DNA from: a virus
Taxonomy: Duplodnaviria; Caudoviricetes
Length of the DNA: 39,835 bases
Virus record (IMG/VR): IMGVR_UViG_3300033551_000015
Coordinates: 1-39,835 of that record
Direction: 5' to 3' (one strand)
Below are positions 36,458-39,835 of the stretch, in pieces. Within the stretch, counting starts at the first letter, position 1, and each line of letters starts with the position of its first letter. Position numbers and translations under genes: made by a program. Below the pieces are notes generated by a model, which had not been told where the DNA came from, made no database searches, and saw only the letters and a list, made by a program, of their open reading frames with translations.

Positions 36458-36762
36458 TGCTGGAGACCAGGACCACCGATCACTACGCGGTAATCTGCAA
36501 CTTCGCAGTCGGCGACTCGGCTGTCGGCGAGGGAGCGCGAGCGTACCTTCACGCTGCGACGGCATTCGGCGACAACCTCATGGTCGTCGCGAGGTCGCGC
36601 TGCGATCGATGGATCGTGAAGTGGGTCGCGCGCAAGAAGCTGATGGGTTTCCGCGCGACGACTGTTCCACCTGGGAAGTCGCTTCACGGAGGAGCGCTTC
36701 TCGTCGCCAGTCGCGAGCTGGCTCTCGGCATCGCGGAGGAATTGAGGAAGGTGAACAAGTGA
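36457..36762 (+). CDS. hypothetical protein (101 aa)
   Basis: TGATG and GTGA coupling to neighbours. Confidence 0.5.
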   Translation: MLETRTTDHYAVICNFAVGDSAVGEGARAYLHAATAFGDNLMVVARSRCDRWIVKWVARKKLMGFRATTVPPGKSLHGGALLVASRELALGIAEELRKVNK

Positions 36763-37763
36763 GCGAGATGCATCTGCTTCTGGTGAAGGAGTTCTACGAG
36801 TTCCTGGCTGAGCGTGAGCGGATTCGACTCCGCAGATTCCACGGTCTGCCGCGCGAGCAGTGGACTAAGGACGAGATCTTCCGCGAGTATCGCTTCACCA
36901 ACGTGAAGCGTCACCACGATCGCGTGACCACGCTGCTGAAGCGCGAGTTCTACGACCCGGCGATCTCACGCATGAGCGAGTTCAGCCTCGATGAGCTGAA
37001 CGGCGCGGCGATGAAGCCGATGCTGCGCGACAAGATCATCTTCGCCGACGTCGAGTTGTGCGAGGTTCTGCTCAACTGCGCGCTCTTCCGCTACCTCGGG
37101 ACGATCGAAGCCGCTCGCGCGCTCGGCTGGACTAAGGAGTGGACGCCCGAGGCGCGGACTCGCTTCGTCGGCCTCGGCATGCGAGGACAGCTGCCGTTCA
37201 CAGGCTCGTACATCATTCCGGCCGGAGGTCGCACGGATCCAAAGATCGTGGTCGTGGCTGAGATCATCGACGATATCGTGAAGCACGCTCCGGCAGTAGT
37301 GAGGGAGGCGAAGTGGGAGAACGCCGTCTACGTCATGACGGACTGCTACGGCGTCGGCAGCTTCATGGCGAAGGAGGTCTACCTCGACTTCGTGCTCGCC
37401 ACCGGGCGGGAGCCGACAGACTGGCAGACCTGGACCCCGGTCGGCCCGGGTGGAAGACGCGGGGCGTCGGTCGTGAAGGACGGACACGCGGACAAGATTC
37501 CAGAGTGGGAGGCGCTCCAGGTGATCCGCGCCATCTACGCGCGTCGTGCGGAGTTCATGCCGGAGGTTCTCCACGTCGAGTCGAGGAGGCCGGACGGCGA
37601 GATTCAGCAGATGTGGACGCACGAGGCACCGTCGCTGGATCTCACCGACATCCAGTTCGTGCTCTGCGAGTTCGACAAGTATCAGCGCGTCGTACGGAAG
37701 GACGGGAAGCCGAAGCGTCGCTTCTGGCCGAAGGAGGACGACGTCACGCGTGGTCCCGAGTAA
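36759..37763 (+). CDS. aGPT-Pplase clade 1 / 5-hmdU DNA kinase helical-domain protein
   Basis: ERERIR...WTKDEIFREYRFTNVKR..DR.T, GVGSFMAKE...D, GPGG.RG, LCEFDKY.R. Confidence 0.8.
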   Translation: MSEMHLLLVKEFYEFLAERERIRLRRFHGLPREQWTKDEIFREYRFTNVKRHHDRVTTLLKREFYDPAISRMSEFSLDELNGAAMKPMLRDKIIFADVELCEVLLNCALFRYLGTIEAARALGWTKEWTPEARTRFVGLGMRGQLPFTGSYIIPAGGRTDPKIVVVAEIIDDIVKHAPAVVREAKWENAVYVMTDCYGVGSFMAKEVYLDFVLATGREPTDWQTWTPVGPGGRRGASVVKDGHADKIPEWEALQVIRAIYARRAEFMPEVLHVESRRPDGEIQQMWTHEAPSLDLTDIQFVLCEFDKYQRVVRKDGKPKRRFWPKEDDVTRGPE

Positions 37764-37770
37764 GTCGCCG

Positions 37771-37947
37771 TCACTTGATCACCCATCGGTCGCCGTTCAG
37801 CTTAGCGCGACCAGCGTCGCGCAGAAGCTTCAGCGCCATCGCCGCGGTCGCTTCGTCGCACCCAAGCATGATGGCGATCTCACTCACGGTGAGAGGCCAC
37901 GGACTCCGCTTCAGTAGATCGATCACGATGCATTGGTTCTTCGCCAT
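37771..37947 (-). CDS. small winged-HTH protein (58 aa)
   Basis: PLTVSEIAIMLG...AL..L...G...W; GAGG RBS. Confidence 0.65.
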   Translation of the reverse strand: MAKNQCIVIDLLKRSPWPLTVSEIAIMLGCDEATAAMALKLLRDAGRAKLNGDRWVIK

Positions 37948-37989
37948 GATTTGTCCTCTTTCTCCATCCACGCCGTCTACTCCTCACTT

Positions 37990-38092
37990 CCTGGCGTTGC
38001 CTGGCTTGCATGCAAGGTGGCACCGTAGCACGCTTGCCAGCGCGGCGCACCACGCAAACGCGCGTGCCAGGCAAAAGCCAGGCATGCCTGGC
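37990..38092. promoter_or_regulatory. palindrome-rich intergenic region (candidate operators)
   Basis: Perfect palindromes CTTGCATGCAAG (38005-38016) and GCCAGGCATGCCTGGC (38077-38092); five CCTGGC/GCCAGG half-sites. Confidence 0.5.
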
Positions 38093-38139
38093 CGAGCGCT
38101 GGCGCGCGGTGTGCCGCCGCGCCACGCCGCGGAGGTCTC

Positions 38140-38715
38140 GTGATCGTCCACGTGCTCGGTCCGTCTGGATCCGGCAAGACTCGAGCCGCGACTCGCCTGA
38201 TGGCGCGCTTCGACTCGACGGCTAAGATGCACGTGGAGTCCGTCCGCAATCCGGAGGGTGTCGGCGTCTACTGCTACTCGGACAAGTTCCCGCCGCTCGC
38301 GATGATCGGCCGCTACTCGGCGTCGATGTCGTGCGGAGGTCTGGACACGCTGAGACGGAACTTCGATCTGGCGCGCGATCTCTGCTCGCATCTTCACGGC
38401 GAGGGATACGGCGTCCTGTGCGAGGGTTTCATCACCGAGAAGCAGACGGGATGGCTCGAGGAGCTCGCGTCGTTGACGATCGTCAAGGTTCTGTGCGTGC
38501 GATCCACGCTCGAGGAGTGCGTGGACGGCGTCCGCAAGCGACGCGCTCGAGTCGGCGAGGTGAAGGACCCTAGCGCCGAGTACATCGACTACCAGATCAG
38601 GAGCTGCGAGCGCACGATGCGCAAGCTCGAGCTCGGAGACTGCGTCGTCAACCCGGAGTGGGTCGAGCGAGACGCGCTGGAGCAGAGGCTCCTCAACCTG
38701 TTCGGGATCCAATGA
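38140..38715 (+). CDS. P-loop kinase of base-modification cluster
   Basis: VLGPSGSGKT, IGRY...CGGLDTL, VLCEG, ECVDGVRKRR. Confidence 0.75.
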   Translation: MIVHVLGPSGSGKTRAATRLMARFDSTAKMHVESVRNPEGVGVYCYSDKFPPLAMIGRYSASMSCGGLDTLRRNFDLARDLCSHLHGEGYGVLCEGFITEKQTGWLEELASLTIVKVLCVRSTLEECVDGVRKRRARVGEVKDPSAEYIDYQIRSCERTMRKLELGDCVVNPEWVERDALEQRLLNLFGIQ

Positions 38716-38882
38716 TCAAAGTCAGCAACGACGTCGGTTCTTTCACCATCCACGACTGGATGGAACTCTGGACGGAAATGTTCAGGGCTCTGTCGTGCGG
38801 GATCTACATTCGTCTCAACGGAGCCTGTCGTTGTGGATGCGACGCGACAGACTGTAACTATTGCATCCATGAGTGTTTCTAA
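38712..38882 (+). CDS. small Cys-rich protein (56 aa)
   Basis: ATGA overlap; CRCGC...CNYC...C. Confidence 0.4.
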   Translation: MIKVSNDVGSFTIHDWMELWTEMFRALSCGIYIRLNGACRCGCDATDCNYCIHECF

Positions 38883-38894
38883 GGAGAAGTCACT

Positions 38895-39536
38895 GTGAAC
38901 CTGGAACAGATCCGCGAAGCTATCGTTCAACTCTCCGGCTCCGGCAAGAAGGTGATGCCGGGTGCCCGACGTCACGGCATCTACTCGTCGTTCACCCTAC
39001 CAGGTCTCGACGACATGGAGGCGGTCCGCGACACCGAGCAGCGCTTCAGGGACTTCGACGTCCCGGAGCGGCTCGACGGCAAGACCGTCATCGACGTCGG
39101 CTCCAACGTCGGCGCGACGGCGTTCGAGTTCGCTCGACGCGGCGCCACGGTGATCGGCCTCGAGTTCCGCGAGGACCGCGTGGCGCTCTGCAACGCGATC
39201 GCCAAGCACTTCGACCTGAAGGCTGGATTCTTCCAGGACAACTTCAACGCGCTCGAGGACTGCTTCAGCGACCGCTCGTGGTTCACCAAGTACGACATCG
39301 TCTGGTGCTCCTCGGTCGACGAGTACATCGACAACATCCCGTTCTTCTACGGACTGCTTCGTCGGCTCTGCGGCGATCAGCTCTACTTCGAGTCGAATCT
39401 GCAGATTCGCGACTCGCAGCTTCTCTCGCACTCGTTCCTGAACGACGCCGGATTCACCGACGTCAAGTACGTCGGGAACGGTCACAGCGGCGGCATCGCG
39501 CGCAAGCGCAAGCTCTTCGTCGGAAGGGGTGGATGA
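38895..39536 (+). CDS. class I SAM-dependent methyltransferase
   Basis: KTVIDVGSNVG motif I, VIGLE, YDIV; AAGGAG RBS. Confidence 0.8.
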   Translation: MNLEQIREAIVQLSGSGKKVMPGARRHGIYSSFTLPGLDDMEAVRDTEQRFRDFDVPERLDGKTVIDVGSNVGATAFEFARRGATVIGLEFREDRVALCNAIAKHFDLKAGFFQDNFNALEDCFSDRSWFTKYDIVWCSSVDEYIDNIPFFYGLLRRLCGDQLYFESNLQIRDSQLLSHSFLNDAGFTDVKYVGNGHSGGIARKRKLFVGRGG

Positions 39537-39742
39537 TGCGGATCATGGACATGACGCACAAGAACAATCACCCCGTGCTGAGGGCACCGTGCGCGACGTG
39601 CGGTGTCGGGATCGGTGACCGATGCGTGAGCACCGTCCCGTCGCTCAACGCCGGCTCGGTGGGTACGCCAATCACCGGCTATCACGCCGAGCGTCTCGAG
39701 AAGTTCTATCAGTTCTACGAGTCAACCGGGAGGGTATCGTGA
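39533..39742 (+). CDS. small zinc-finger-like protein
   Basis: CATCG...C...H..R pattern. Confidence 0.5.
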   Translation: MMRIMDMTHKNNHPVLRAPCATCGVGIGDRCVSTVPSLNAGSVGTPITGYHAERLEKFYQFYESTGRVS

Positions 39743-39835
39743 TCATCAACGTTCGCGGAGCCAACGGCTCCGGCAAGACCACGGCGGTTCGCGCGGTGCT
39801 CAACGAGTACCAGACGCGGAAGCCTCACTTCGTGG
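39739..39835 (+). CDS. second P-loop kinase, truncated by window end
   Basis: GTG start, MIINVRGANGSGKTTAVRAVL; not in ORF track. Confidence 0.7.
   Translation, partial: MIINVRGANGSGKTTAVRAVLNEYQTRKPHFV

Noticed and set aside
38054-38069. Sigma54 promoter TGGCACG...TTGC on minus strand
   Set aside because: GG to GC spacing is 11 nt rather than the required 10
1-39835. Prophage boundaries, integrase or host assignment
   Set aside because: No integrase, att site or host genes in the window; high GC alone does not identify the host

Overview
High-GC tailed-phage DNA in two divergent arms that meet at an AT-rich control region (~21.2-21.45 kb). Left arm (minus strand) is a myovirus-type morphogenesis module: small and large terminase, portal, MuF, scaffold, major capsid, neck genes, tail sheath and tube. 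Between portal and scaffold lie three Lys/Ala-rich paralogues sharing a GGQFAxGGGR N-terminal motif and a ~70-aa repeat. Two of them end in toxin-like enzymes (zeta-like kinase; VIP2-like ADP-ribosyltransferase), each followed by a small acidic ORF. Right arm (plus strand) encodes replication functions (primase-helicase, SNF2 helicase, SSB-like protein, Dda/RecD-like helicase, HNH) and the start of a thymidine-hypermodification cluster (5-hmdU DNA kinase helical domain, two P-loop kinases, SAM methyltransferase, UDG-like protein). The most unusual signal is three intergenic tRNA-like elements with acceptor stem and T-arm, non-canonical lower halves, and N-CGA where a tRNA has N-CCA. All calls are by eye from motifs and synteny; no searches were run, and several starts were moved from the ORF track to better RBS or overlap positions.
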